64,000 bases of DNA from Chlorokybus atmophyticus (GCA_009103225.1 RHPI01000772.1:623312-687311); one strand, 5' to 3'. Shown: positions 13,498-28,273, counted from the stretch's first letter. A program made the numbers and translations. The notes: generated by a model not told the origin, from the sequence alone.

Positions 13498-14716
13498 TGG
13501 AGACAAGGAGACGTCACGCAGAGTGTGAACAAGAAGCAGCAGCGTTACTACTACGCTGTGAGGGGGCATTGGTGTATGCCTAAGTATACACCACTCAGTA
13601 TGGTGGGCGGCTGAGTGGTGCTCATTGCGGTTTGCAGATGCCAAATCAGACAAAAACAAGCAGGCTGCACCATGCACCATGCAGTGATTCACAGGTTGGT
13701 TATGCCGTTGGTGGCTGCTGCTGCCTCTTGGTGCACGACATTTGCATAGCACATAGGGCACTTAGTGTGCTGCAGATAAGGTGAAGGCCTCGGGTGTAAT
13801 AGTGTTTGCTTCATCAAGCTGGCTTGTTTCACTATACTGTGTTTACGCACTGAGCATGTGTGTAGCTTAGGATGACTGCAATGTATACCCTATGCATGGC
13901 ATGCAATGCGTTCAGGGACACGTGCAGGTTGCCAAGTCGGACTGTACTTTGGGTTGTCCATTGATCAAATCCATTTATTCTAGATGCATGTGTATGAAGG
14001 ATGTGTGCATCCCACAGGCGTCCATGCGAGCACTCTCTACGATGTGCGCAGCATATGCTCACTGTGGTTCCAGGTTGCAGGTGTTGTGTTGCAAGTGAGG
14101 TATATCTCAGCCAAGTATGCGGCGCAGCTAGTACTCGTTGCTGCGGATGCATGCATCAGTGGCAGCTGCACAATGCGTGTCCGCGCATGCACGCACATGC
14201 ACACTGCATATGTATGTGCGCGTGTTGAGTGCGTGCGCGCGCGTAGGTGTGCTTCACAACCACGGCAATAGCATCGTGTTGCCATGCGTATCGAGCCCAT
14301 GCACACGCAGCAAGAGCACATGGCTTGATTCTCTTAGCCGTGGACCTTTTTTGCAAAGTTGTAAAATGCTGCTGCTGCTGCTGCTGCTGTGCGTCGCATG
14401 CATGTGTGTTGGCTGTGTGGGCTGTGTGGGTGTGGCTGTGGATGTGATTGTTTGAACCGACACATCACCATGGATGAGGGTAAGCTGGTGTGGGTGAGTA
14501 ATGAGCGTAGCACTTCATGACATAACACGAGCTTGGGCCAGCTCGACTGCATGAGCACGCCATAGCATTGCACTCCTTTGTGATAACATGTGGAATGTAA
14601 CAGATGATACACAACCATCACATCAGGATGCAACAGGATGCAACACCAAAAACCAAATAGCATCTGCCAATGCTGACATGCTGCTCTGTCATTGTACCAA
14701 CGCACAGCATACCACA

Positions 14717-17086
14717 TCAACTCACTGCGTCCGAACCCATCGTCTCCACCCCCTCTTGCTGCTGCTCTTCGCTCGTGTCCCCCACATTCACCACATGCGG
14801 GTGCTTCGCGCAGAATAGCCTCTTCAGATGCGCCACGGTGACAGACACTTGCCCGTAACTGACCAATTGTTTCACTGGTGTCGGCAGCAGAGTCAGCAGC
14901 CTTGCGAGCAGCTTTCCCGGCTTGAGAGCAGTCATATAAGCCCAAAAGGCTGGAATATCATCAATGGTACTCTCGAGTGCGTCGTCCATAATGGAGGAGA
15001 GACTGGTGAGGTCAGTGCTTGTGTCTGTTGTTGTCGTGGATGTGTACTCCTGGATGAGTGCGAGCTCGGTCGCGCTCAACAGCTCGTCGGACATTTGCAG
15101 AAGGTCCCAGTCATATGGCAAACCCGCATCAATGGCCTCGGAGAGGTAGCCGTGCACCGTGTTGACGCGGATGCGCCTCACATCTACACATGCACACAAT
15201 CAGATTCATCGTTGTCACCAACATGATCAATATCATCATCATTGCCACCACCATCACGAACCTGCAATGACTTCAGCACGGTACTTGCATTCGTTATGCA
15301 GGCGGTGGACCTCCAGCTTTGCTGGTTGCAGGTATGTGCTAGTCGAGCAGATGTTTACGCAAGGATTACTGTTGGTGTTGCTGTTGCTGGTGTTAGTGTT
15401 GGTGGTGGTTGTGTTGGTGTTGGTATCGTCATTGTCGTTGTTGCCGTTAATTGCTGCAGGGTGGATGGCACTGGTATGCAAGTTTGCGCACGCCGTCAAT
15501 GCTTTGCGTGTTCTAGCTTCAGTGTTCTCAGCTGCGATTGCAAACTGGAGCTCGAGACAGTGCGCCGGCGTATGTATCTCTGGCAGCTGCGACAACTCCT
15601 GTGTGCAGTGATGCAACATGCAAGCTTTTAGTGTTAAGCGACTTGTTTTGCTGAGTTGGGTTACAGATAATAGGTTGGTCTATTACCTTGTAGAGGAGGA
15701 GTGAAGTCCAGGCGTCCACCGCCGCATATTGCTGCTGCTCGCGCGACAATGGAAGAGCTTCCCAGTTGCACATCCTAGAGGTTTTGTCCACCTGTACAAC
15801 ATGTATGCAAGGAGCGAGCAAGCAGACAATGAGACCAGCAGTTGCACACAACCAAACCAGCACCACAGAAACAAGAATGCAAATAAGCAATCACGCACAT
15901 GCACACCCACATGAAACCACCATTCCCCTCTCCACACATGCGCACGTGCACGCATACGCATGAACAGTCAAGAAACGTGGACACAGTCCTTTCAGTTGTC
16001 TCACCTGTGCGCAGAGGATTTCCCTAGCGAGCGCATCCAAACCCCATCTAGCAGACTTGTGCCTATCCAAGCGCCTGCGCGCATAATCTGCCAACTCGCA
16101 GACTGCCGCCACCTGTACATGACGCCAAGTGAAGACATGACATCTATCACCATGAATCGCACATCATTGAACCAGGACTGACCTGAACGTTGTAGTCTCT
16201 ATAGAGCTTGTGCGCGTCATTGATCGCTTTGACCCCAACCTTAAGCACAGGGGATGTCTCCAGGAATGTTCTCAGGTCTTTGGGCACTCCGCAATGCGTG
16301 AGGTGGAAGAGGTAGCATACTGGCACCGAGCGCAGCGGACTATGCTGCTGCTGGTTGAGGCAAATTTGCAGCAGCGCTGCTCTGGGCTGCTCACCTGTAT
16401 GTTAATGGCACTGTCATACTTACCGTTTCTGGTGTTTGCAATGTGCAGTTGGATACAAGTACATGTGTTGGTGCACGTGTACTTTTGTGTGTGCGCGTAT
16501 TTAAGTGCTCGTACGTATGTTTGTGTTTGTGCGTGTGGATGTGCTTGTATGTCAAGTCCCGGTAGTCTATGCATGCATACCTCGTTGGTATGTGACGCAC
16601 CATTCAATGTCAAAGCCTACTGCTTCCGCATGCTTTACTTCCGTCAAGAGCTCTGCTGCCAGTTCAGAAGCCTCGCTCGCAGTTTGCGCGTACGCAATCT
16701 TCCCATTGAACCTTCCAACGGAACCATCATGTCATAACCATAGAGAGACAGCATCCAATTTTCACGTTTGCATGCAACGTCTAGACCCTGATAAGCCCAA
16801 GTGCTTCAGTTTGGCACCTGATGAAAGGGAGTGAGCATGCGGGAGGCAGTTTCTGTTCGAGCAGCTGTTTCAGCCCCGCTGACAGCTGTCGCTTTGGAGG
16901 AGGCGGCGGCTTGACGACGATGACGTTGGTGACGTCCTTGATGACCTGCCTTCTGTGGTCGTTGTTGTCTTCCTGCTGCTCCTCAGTTCTGCGCTTGCGC
17001 TGCAGCGCATTTTCCACCTTCGCCGCCTCCGCCTCCGCAGCCAGCAGCGCCGCCTCTAGCTCCGCCAGCTCCTCATCGACAAGCAC
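14717..17086 (-). CDS. WEX: Werner-syndrome-like DEDDy 3'-5' exonuclease (WEX-like) with a C-terminal RecQ/WRN-type HTH domain; true start probably upstream of 17086
   Basis: LPFIR|FNGKIAYAQT...AVGFDIEW (ExoI), LLQIC...CYLFHL...KVGVKAINDAHKLYRDY (ExoII), RWGLDAL...SRMCNWEALPLSREQQQYAAVDAW (ExoIII). No in-frame ATG was found directly upstream of the first recognisable exon. Confidence 0.85.
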
Positions 17087-17621
17087 CTCAACCTCCGGCG
17101 CCTGGCAGGCATGGCACAGTCATTAGCCGCTGTATGGTAGGAGCAGCATTGTCCAGGCCACAACCACCAGGCTACGCCAAGCCACAACCAATGCTAACTC
17201 TAGAGCAGGCCTCACCAGGCCACACCAGGCCACAATGCGGCACGCAGGTAGTACTGTCGCAGTGAACAGGGTAAGAAGGCATGCATAGCAACCCACCATG
17301 TGAGCATGGTCAATAGCGGCAACGTGGTGGAGGCGGCGGCAGTGGCGTAGGTCAGTGCGAGGTTTTTCCCGCCAAAGCCGTTGAAGGGGTTAACATAAAC
17401 TTGAAGCTGAGCGCGCCACGAGCAGTGCCATCGATTCAGCTATGAATTAAATGTTGAAGCGATGCCAAGCCTTCAATCCAATGTAGACAAGAAAACCTTG
17501 CAAATTCTGCATTGGCAAACCCGCTTTTACAATGATTGTCACAAATTTTTGGTGCCATGGCAGGATGGTCTTGGAAGTCTACACAGCAGCGTTATAAGCA
17601 CACCAATTTAACCGCCCCCTC

Positions 17622-18103
17622 NNNNNNNNNNNNNNNNNNNNNNNNNNNNNNNNNNNNNNNNNNNNNNNNNNNNNNNNNNNNNNNNNNNNNNNNNNNNNNN
17701 NNNNNNNNNNNNNNNNNNNNNNNNNNNNNNNNNNNNNNNNNNNNNNNNNNNNNNNNNNNNNNNNNNNNNNNNNNNNNNNNNNNNNNNNNNNNNNNNNNNN
17801 NNNNNNNNNNNNNNNNNNNNNNNNNNNNNNNNNNNNNNNNNNNNNNNNNNNNNNNNNNNNNNNNNNNNNNNNNNNNNNNNNNNNNNNNNNNNNNNNNNNN
17901 NNNNNNNNNNNNNNNNNNNNNNNNNNNNNNNNNNNNNNNNNNNNNNNNNNNNNNNNNNNNNNNNNNNNNNNNNNNNNNNNNNNNNNNNNNNNNNNNNNNN
18001 NNNNNNNNNNNNNNNNNNNNNNNNNNNNNNNNNNNNNNNNNNNNNNNNNNNNNNNNNNNNNNNNNNNNNNNNNNNNNNNNNNNNNNNNNNNNNNNNNNNN
18101 NNN
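17622..18103. other. Assembly gap (482 N)
   Basis: Run of N, flanked by C-rich sequence. Confidence 1.
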
Positions 18104-18920
18104 CCTCGCCCCCTCCTCTCTTTTTATTTTGAATTTGAAACAGTTAGGTTCAAAATGTTGTGCATGCCATGAACAAACGTCTGAACGTTGCCACTGACGT
18201 ACGTCAGTTGATTGAGCTATGCATGTGTGCTTGACCTTGTAGTGCAAAATATTTCTCAACTCGCACTACAACGTGAGGACCATTTGTGCTATTGAGACTC
18301 ATGCATGCGTGCGCGTTTGTTGGTTGACTCGACAATTGTACGTGTTAACTATTGCTTTATTTAATATGTAATCATTTTTCTACCTCTGTTAAACACACTT
18401 GCAATGCATGATAATATCGTGCGCTTAGATGCGTAAAAGATGTAGGTATGGATCATCACTTATATGCTGATTTCAACTTGTTGACAACATAAACTGAGAC
18501 TTACATTACATTAGCCATTGGCGTTATTACTTGCAGAGAAACATTTGTACGTTAGCAAAATGCATGATTGTACATTCAAATTTATGTGCAACAAGTTGTA
18601 ACACACATATGCTACACATAGCTTTTACAAGAATGACACATGACTTATGGTTAGTATCTCGACATCATGTCATCAACGAGGTCGAAGTACATGTAAAAAT
18701 CACCGCATCGCATGATGCGGTGATTTTAACATGCAAATTGCAATGGCAACTGGTAGATTTTCTTGCGCAATACTTGGGGTATACACGTCTTTTGCAGATG
18801 GGTTTTATTGACGTAATTCAGATTTGACTACAGCAATATGCAATTCTTTTATGATTGGTGCAAACGTTAAACTGAGCATAACCTCGCGTTAACCTCACGT
18901 ATCCATATGTGATGATGCGA

Positions 18921-19030
<110 letters not shown>

Positions 19031-19260
19031 CAGCTGCCGCAGCATGCAGATAGCCCGGAGAAGCCATGAATGCAACCTATGGCCCATTCACACATCATCT
19101 GCAAAACCATAGATTCCACGTCGGCTCTGAGTTAGGCCGAGCTGCAATCATTATTCGTCGATTGGGCCCGTTTGATGGCTGGGGGTGGCGGCGAGGTCGG
19201 TGCGGGCGTGGCTGGCGATGTAGGCGGCGGCGGAGTGGATGTTACAAAGAGTGGTTCAGC

Positions 19261-22200
19261 ATGGTGAAGTTTGGCAAGACGCTGAGAGTGCAGCAGGTGC
19301 CTGAGTGGGCCAAGGCCTACGTGGACTATGTCGGGCTCAAGACCCTGCTGCGGGCGGCCAAGCGGGTGAGTGCGTTAAGCTTGATTGCGAAGCATGCGCA
19401 CAGCTTTGCCACTTGCAGTCGGCTAGGTCTTCTGGTTTTAAACGCAGCAAACCCGCTGAAACGGCAGTTTGCAGCGTCCGGAAGTTTCGAGCATCCGCTT
19501 GCTGCATGTCAGCTGCTTCACGGTGTCGGGTGTTGTGTTGGCAGCAAGATACAAGCTGTGCATGTCAAGTGCATGTCATGTCAGCTTGATGATCAGCTGT
19601 TTGCTTGCTTGCTGGATTGATTGAGGAAGTGCTGTTCAGGCTGCACGTCAAGAAGTGGACGTGCGGAACCTCAGCTCTGGTTTGTCTCTCACTAGCATCC
19701 CAACCAACCTGCCCGCAGCTCAAGCTTTGGCTCTGATTGCGTCACCTCATAGCGCTAAGACAAATCCCGGCTGGAAGATCCAACGAGCACCTTCAGTTGT
19801 GGACATTGTGGTAAGTGTGTTCAGTTGGCAGTCACGCGCATGCTTGCAGACGAACAAGGCAGAGTCGTGTGTGACCCGACAAACAATATAACATGGGATG
19901 GGGTGTAAGACTGGGTGGGAAAACACACGCGCATGAATATGCGCTTTTACACACACGCACATATGCATGTATGCAGACACGTGCGCATGCATCACACTGG
20001 CGGCAGCTGAACGTTTCCGTAAGCACACTTTTTCTTCGCTGTCAGGGTGAGTGGGTTGGGTAATCATGTCTCTTTTGGCAGGTGCTGCAAGTGAAGGGTG
20101 CAGATGGCAAGCCAGACGATGTCATCTACCAAACTCAAGTGTCCGAGCGGTTGCCAGCGTACCGAGAAGAGTCTGCGTTCTTTGCTAAGCTGGACCAAGA
20201 GCTCAACATGGTCAACGCCTTCTTTGCGAAGGAGGAGAAGGAGCTCGTGCAGCGCTTTGAGGACCTTATTGAGCAGCTACGGCGTCTCAAGGAGCTCGCT
20301 GCGGGCGAGGTCAGTGATATTGCGGTCATCATTGTGGTGCATGCATGCACAATCCTGTTGTTCTTGTCAGCATATGCCTGGCAGCCTACCTGGCAAGGGC
20401 ATGCGCGCGTTCAGTATACGTATAAGTATGGTGTTGAGCACACTTTCTGCAGTCTGTCTGGTACACTGTTGGCGTTAAACTATAGCCTGCATGGCGCTGA
20501 ATGGCGTGCATGCGTGTGCATGTTTACCTTTGCAATACCTTTGCAAATAGTACAGCAATTTGTGTATCGTACACAGTGAGTTGCAGCAGTCTGTGATGCC
20601 AGTTTTAGGTCTTGCACCTTGGCCCTTGCAGCTCTTGCTTGCAATTGCATCCCGTTGCATTGTAGACAGTGTACACTACAAACGCAGGATACGCGTGCTT
20701 TCCCGGAGCAAGTCGATGCATCCGCTGCGGCAGCAGAGGCCGCGGCGGCGGCAGCCATCAAGAAGCTGCCAAGGAAGGATCCCGGTAGCGATGACGAAGA
20801 TGATGAAGCCGTGTACCGACCTCGCATTGATAACAATAAAGCGGGTAAGGAAGGCGAGATCCAACCTGGAGAAGTGGACCGCTTGGTTGGTCGGTCCAAT
20901 CAATCTGAGAGTGAAGACGTTGAGAATGTGAAGTGCGCTGAACAGCAGTCTGCTCGTGATGTCTCTGTCACCTTGCAACACAGCAGCTCCGGAGAAGCCT
21001 CTACTTCAAATCGCAAGGATGGTGCTGCAGAGCGCTCCGGTAGGGTGCACCACGCCACTGCATTACTTTGTGTGCGCATGCATGCTTGTGTGTGTGCACG
21101 CACGTATGTGCGTATGCCAGTGCGTGCGTGTGATCATTGGTTTATTAAACCAGGTCGCAAGATCGCCAATGCGAGCAAGGTGGCGGGCTTCAACATACTC
21201 GAGGGTGTGAAGGCCGCTTTCGAAGCGCGTTCAGAGCCATCAGTGAAGCTAAAGCGTGCTCGGGAGCAGCTGAAGATGGCCTTCAGAGAGCTCTATCGCG
21301 CGCTGGAGTTCCTTAAAAACTACTCCTCACTCAATGCACTCGCTTTCGGTAAGATCTTGAAGAAGCACGACAAGGTCATGCAGTGCCAGACATGGAAGGT
21401 TTACATGGCAGCTGTCAACTCGTCTCACTTTCAGGTACACTCAACTACAACGAAAGTGTTCACGATGAGCTGCCGTATCCCATTCGCTTTGACTGGTGTT
21501 CACTTACATGCATGTGTGCGTGTTGTAGGATTTGCGCCTCATCAAGCGCATGCTGACCTCTATCGAGTCCGACTTTGCCACTCGCTTTACGCACGGCAAG
21601 CGCAAGAAGGCCATGCAGACGTTGAGGCCAACCGGTCGCAAAACACACCACGCCACAACATTCTTTCTAGGTTTGTGAGTTGTAAAACTGACATGTCACA
21701 CATCCAGGTGTTGGTAAGGCGTTGACACTCGGACATGCTGCGCAGGTGCATTTGTGGGCTTCGAGGTATGTTTGGTTGTTGTGCTACTGGTCATCATATA
21801 TGCCAATAGGGGCTTTGCCGGCGGCCCGAACTACACGACCACGGTGTTTCCCTTCTATCGCGCGGGGTTGCTGCTTATGCTGCACGGCTACCTGTATGGT
21901 GGGGTGCTGCTGCTGTTCAAGCATTTCCGCATCAACTACCCTTTCATATTTGACTTCGCACCCGGCACGGATCTCAAGCCAGTTGAGGTGGGACACAACA
22001 ACCATGAGACAACAAGCAAGCTTTGCACATGCATAGGTTACAATAAGTGGTAGCAACAAAGGCATTCAAACGCTGCTAAGACAGTACTGCCATTGTTGTT
22101 GTGAATGCGTTGTGTGTGCATCTAGCACATATTTTTGTGCGCCTAGCACAGCATTGTGTCGGATAGATGCTCAGCATGTGCTTTGCGCCTGTGGGTGCAG

Positions 22201-23805
22201 GTGCTGGCAATTGCGGCTGCACTCACCACACCATTGTTGGGAGGACAGGCGCTGCAGCTGCTGATTGCCACCGGTTCATCTGAACTATCTGGCTATCTAC
22301 TTGTCGACATCATTCCTATGGTTCTTGCTGTGGTGAGACAGCTTTCACGTTGTGCTGAGACAATGCATGACTACGGTGGATGACTGGCTCCAATGGCATG
22401 TTGACAAATTTGCGTGCATGCGTGTCAGGCTTTCCTTGCTGTGCTCTTCTGCCCGTTCAACATCCTCTACCGTTCCTCACGCAAGTTCTTCCTCTCCACG
22501 CTCGTGCGGCTCATGTGCGCTCCCTTCATCAGTGTCAAACTGCCTGACTTTTTCCTGGGTGACCAGCTCACCAGTCAAGTAAGGCTCTATTGCAGCAGAA
22601 GCACAGGTCAACATATCAGTGAGAACACCTCGAACACCAACACCAAATTACTGCCTCGCAGGTTAGGTATTTCTATGACATGCAGTTTGCTGCGTGCTAC
22701 TACATATCAGGATCTTGGCAGCGCCGCGACAGCCAGTACTGCCGATCGAATGCGGTTTATATTAACAGCAGCTATGTTGTTGGTTGCGCGCCCTATGCGT
22801 GGCGACTGTTGCAGGTAACAAACTTTGTATGCACATCACCGAACCGCACTACTACATAACTGTCATGAGTGTGACTCTAGATCTCCTGTTGAATGCCAGT
22901 GCTTGCGGAGGTTCCGAGATGAGGATTCTGGCAAGCAGCTGGTCAATGCCGGGAAGTATCTGCTTGCCATGCTTGTCATTGGGAGCAGCCTACTCTTCCA
23001 GCGTGAGCGCACGACTCTCTGGACCGTTTTATACATTGCCATATCGGTCATCGCTACAGCGTATAGCACGTACTGGGACATCACTCAGGTAGGTGCTTGC
23101 GTGCGTGCGTGCGTGCGTCTGGTGTGGCATGCACATATGCATGCGCGTATGTGCGGGTCATTTTTGTTATCCGTACTCAACATGTTGTTGGCGCTGTCTG
23201 CATACAGGATTGGGGTTTGTTGCAGAGGCACTCTGTGCATCCATGGCTTAGAGACGAGTTGATACTCCCGCCAGCCGCGCATTGGGTCTACTTTGTGGCC
23301 ATTGTAGTAAACCTCATGCTTAGACTGGTGTGGACTACTTCGATCGTGCCCAGCACGCAACTGGGTGCTGCTATTAACTACGATGTACGCATTCAGTGCA
23401 TTGCACCTGGACTGTAGTGCAATGGCACTGATGCAGGTGGTTCATGTGTCACACTGCCTGCGTTGTTTGCTCACATTCTTTGCTGCAAATGTTGCTTGCA
23501 GGTTCTGGTTCTACTGTTTGCAGCGCTGGAAGTAATCCGTCGCTCCATGTGGAACTTTTTCAGGTTGGTCCACGGGCGCATGTGTCACGCAATCACAAGC
23601 CTGTGCATGCCGTTGCATGGACAGGCTTGTGTTTCTGATTAGCAACAGGCTGCATGGGAAAGTCAACTGGTCTCTTGTATGCCGACACAATTGTTGTCTG
23701 GCGTGCAGGATAGAAAATGAACATCTGACCAATGTTGGCAAGTTCCGTGCGGTTAAACAAATACCTTTACCATTCGATATGGACAACTCCAGCGATGAGC
23801 AGTGA
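19261..23805 (+). CDS. PHO1: PHO1/XPR1-type SPX-EXS phosphate exporter; ~14 exons
   Basis: SPX: MVKFGK...[54 protein letters not shown]: [48 protein letters not shown]|[17 protein letters not shown]|[23 protein letters not shown]. Stop at 23803-23805. Confidence 0.93.
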
Positions 23806-24067
23806 TGTTTCGCACAGGAGGTGAGCAAGCTGGTGTACATACCAAGTGGTTGAAAGAGTTCGTGTAGGTACAGGGCTGCAAGTGCTGTTGGCAATCCAAA
23901 GAAGTTGCTGCAAACAGTACTGTGGTTTACAGAGCTTTGACAGACAAAAGTGTACAGGTTCATTGTCAGACGCTATACCCAATTCCTCGAGCATTGGCTA
24001 CTTGCTGAGTACATGATACCACCATCAGGGACTGCATGTCTTTAGGATAAGAACCGGTGTAGTGGTA

Positions 24068-24288
24068 GGCATGTTTCGCATCACAGCCATGTAGGTAAGC
24101 AAACCCAATAACAATATATGCGCACCTCTTCAATAATAAGACATGCAAAGCTCATGAAGCAAGCAGATTTATACCCCCCCCTTCCCTCTCAACTAAAGGG
24201 TAACACGCAGAGTAAGTACAGTGGCATGTTTTGCATCACAGCCTTACAGCTATAGGCAAGCAAACCCAATAACAATACATGCGCACCT
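24068..24288. repeat. Imperfect ~60-65 bp direct duplication (24068-24127 and 24223-24288)
   Basis: Both copies share GGCATGTTT..GCATCACAGCC...AAGCAAACCCAATAACAATA.ATGCGCACCT. Confidence 0.85.
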
Positions 24289-25861
24289 TTAAGCTGATAA
24301 GAAAAAGAAGTTCCAAACATCATATGATAGAACGTCACACACGACCAGCGGTTAGCACATGATTGTTGTGCAGTCAATGATCATGTGCAAACCTGCCTGT
24401 CATTGCTTCCTATCCATAAAGTTACACTACTATCATACGAAACACATGCACAACAGTACGTCATATATCATGTACACCACGTAGTACACTACGCTCAACA
24501 CGTGCACCGCTGTCACTGCAGTCCCTCCCCTACAACATTGCACTGAACTCTCCATTCACAACTTACACATGTTGACAACTACTAGTCATGACTGCAGTCG
24601 CACCCAAACACAACTCCAAGAAAATTACAGCAAACTACCCACAAGGTCATGTTAATTGCTTCACTTTGCATGAATACTCAGTGTTACCCATTGTTGCGAA
24701 TGAATGCTTCTCCAGCATACAAATGCGTCGACGAGTATCATCCGTGTACATCGCCTTTAGCTCGGCAATGCTTTGCTCAATTATGAGCATGTCCATATAG
24801 ACACCTCGTTCCAATTTGATGGCATCCGCCTGCAACTTGTGCATGTTGAAGTATGAGTAAACACCATGTATTTATGGAAGTTTAACACTTTTTGTGCCGA
24901 AGATTGTATGCTAACAAGAAACATGTTGCATGTGATAAACTTAACAAGCATGCATGCTACTATATGCAGTAGTAAACGTGTACGGTTTCACAATGCATGT
25001 GGTATGCTTGCTTATCAGGTACAGATTGGGCACAGCTTCGACAGTCGTCGCGACAATGGAAGACGCGCTGCATACGAGCAACATCGTTGGCGCCATCGTG
25101 AGCAGGAGTGGTTGGACTAGAGTAAGAGAACAACATCAACTACTTCTATCGGCCACCTGCTGTTGCGGAGTCGGCCCTGCATACAACACCACCGTTACTA
25201 CAAGCGCCGCCCGACGCATTACTACTTTGTACATAACACTCGTATGCCTATTAACTTAATGCATGTTTTCCCATAACTATGCACATTGTCAAGGAATGCT
25301 CTACTAGAACAATTTGGTGTGGTTTTTGGAGCACTACATTCATTGTAGCGTGTTGTTGAAGCTTATGATCCTGAGCTTTTATACGTTCAACATGTGCTGA
25401 TACAAGATTAAATGTAACATCACATGTTTAACTTGACGTATGGTAAAGTTACCGGCCACCTCGCTGTTAAGATCACATGTATACCCTGCCTACTATACAT
25501 GTACAACCGTTTTACTACTGTTGCTGACTTAATTGTTAAATAATTTTAAAAATAGTCATATATGAGTATTACAAGCGTAATTGGATTACACTTGATGTAC
25601 TGATCATAGACCTGGGTCATTCCATGGGTTTAGACCTGGACAGCCTGTTACTTCCGCTCGGGAAGGGAAGCTTTCCAAAAATAACAGAAGTTTAACGCTT
25701 TTATATGCTTATATATGTTGGGCTTCCGGAAGTGTCTTACATGACCATAACAGCACGGAGGTTTACGACAATGTGTCCTATAAGCAATTAACATGTATAT
25801 TATACCTTGATATCATGTTGATAAGCCTATTATGTGATCACTATTAGCATATACATCATCT

Positions 25862-26195
<334 letters not shown>

Positions 26196-26901
26196 TTGTA
26201 TGATAATGACAGTATCAATAGAACTTGATGATATCAAGCTTGAAACCTTTCGTTGATAGCCCACCAAGGCTTCCGTTAACGAAAACTTCGGTAGGCTGAC
26301 GGAAGGGAAAGACTGGTTGTGAGCGCTTTCCGGAACATTCCGGAAGCTTCTGTAAGGGAAGTTGACTTCCGTCCGGGGAAGGGCACAGGTCTAACTGATC
26401 ATGACCGTAGGTCATCCCTAACCCATAAAATATGACCTCATAAGCCTTCATAATGAATGCGTTACGCCATTAACGTGCATGTGCATGTCATGACTTCAAT
26501 GTCAGGCACCACTACAAACACGGCACTCAATGCAAGAATGGATGATGTATTGAGCACGAAAGTCACCGCTAGCGCGCGATGCGGTTGCAATTATGAAAAG
26601 GAGACTTCAACTAGGTAGAAAAGGGGGAACAAGAGACGTTGGCCACAATAAAAGGCTGAACCTGTTGTTGTCGGCGCCGTGATTCTACAACCAACACAAT
26701 AATACATGACTTGCTGCATCGCCGCAGCTCATAGATGGGCTGCCAAAACAAATGCAATGGCACACTTTGGCATACGTGGTTGCTTATAGGTATTATACGT
26801 ATACGTATTGTTAAGGTCACGATGCTTTGTCGATATCATGTTGCGTCGCAGCCATGCGATTGAGCGACCATTTATTGACAACTTAAGCTTAGTAGAGCAT
26901 G

Positions 26902-27138
26902 TTGCTCAACATGTGGTTGGCCGTTCATCATGGATGGCTACATATTCTCAAGTAATAGAAAAACTATCCCGCATGCACTTCGTCGTGATCATTGGTGATT
27001 GAATGATGGTTTATATTGCTCAGTCGTCATGTGGTTGGTCGTTCATCATGGATGGCTACATACTCTCAAGTAATAGTAAAACTATCCCGCATGCACTCCG
27101 TCATAATCAATTATGGTCTATATTGCTCAGTCGTCATC
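26902..27138. repeat. Diverged tandem duplication, unit ~110-118 bp, ~2.2 copies
   Basis: CATGTGGTTGG.CGTTCATCATGGATGGCTACATA.TCTCAAGTAATAG.AAAACTATCCCGCATGCACT occurs at ~26910 and ~27028; a partial third copy is at ~27115. Confidence 0.9.
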
Positions 27139-28273
27139 TGAGTCAATAAAATTCGTCCATAGCTATAAGCCATTTTGCGACATAGCACGCTTGCTAGCCA
27201 CAATTCATTTGATACATCATGTATATTCGTATCGCTATATACGTTTGCTGGCACAGCTGCTATTGTTTCAAAGTTGCAGTCATCATGTTATGTGTGTCGA
27301 TATATGGTAACTAATATATATTATATATAAGCTAATTACTATTTGTCAAGTCTTGACCCAGGGTCTAAACTTAAGGAGTGATTATGCCATAGTCTTAACC
27401 CGAGATTCCGACATTGGCATCATCATGTATCATAGGTGACACGGACCAATCATTCATTTATTCGAGCTAAAAGTAAGCACTTAAAAAGCGGACAATCTGT
27501 GCTTGTCGGCGCTTGGCGAATCAGATGATTGAATGATGCATTCACCCCACCACTTCAAAGGGGTTATGACGGCGATTAATACGATGCAAAATGCGCTTTG
27601 CCAAACCATATTAGATTGCATGCTGTAGCAAAGTTGTAGCCCGATGTTTGTCATAAGATTTGCAACTTTTTGTCATATGTGAAGGGATTGACCCGATTAA
27701 GAGACAATTATTTGTAAAACACCACAATTTTAACTATGGTTACTTGTTTGTGACGAGACAACAACCACGGCGTTATGGAGTCTACTATAACGGAATGTAT
27801 GTCACTCGGTTTCAAGCTAACCCAGTTCAGTGCAGCAGGCCGCGCAAATACCATGTGTAAAGTTGTCATCTGTTAAAGCTATTCCTAATTAGTTAAAGAC
27901 AGTCATTACATAAGGCTTATATAGCTTGTTTGGCCGTCAATGGGCATTGCAAATAGGTTAAAAATTATTACATAGTTTATATTATATATAGCTATATATT
28001 ATATATAGCTATATATATATTACCTATTATTGAATGAGATGGCTTTCTGTATATCGGTAGTTTTACGCTTGTTATGCATGACCCTAACCTTGCAATTCTT
28101 TGAGAGCAAATATAAAAACTTAATAACTCTTCTTTGACTCCATTAAATCGATAAACACTTGTGCATAATGCATCAAACATCAATTGCAACACGACTCATT
28201 AACCAAGGCGCTACCTACACGTGTAAACGGCGGAGTTTTCACGTGTCGCTAATAAGGCGCATGTCGTTAATAT

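Noticed and set aside
16200-16270. Possible frameshift in the WEX exon
   Set aside because: Re-reading gives FLETSPVLKVG in one continuous frame.
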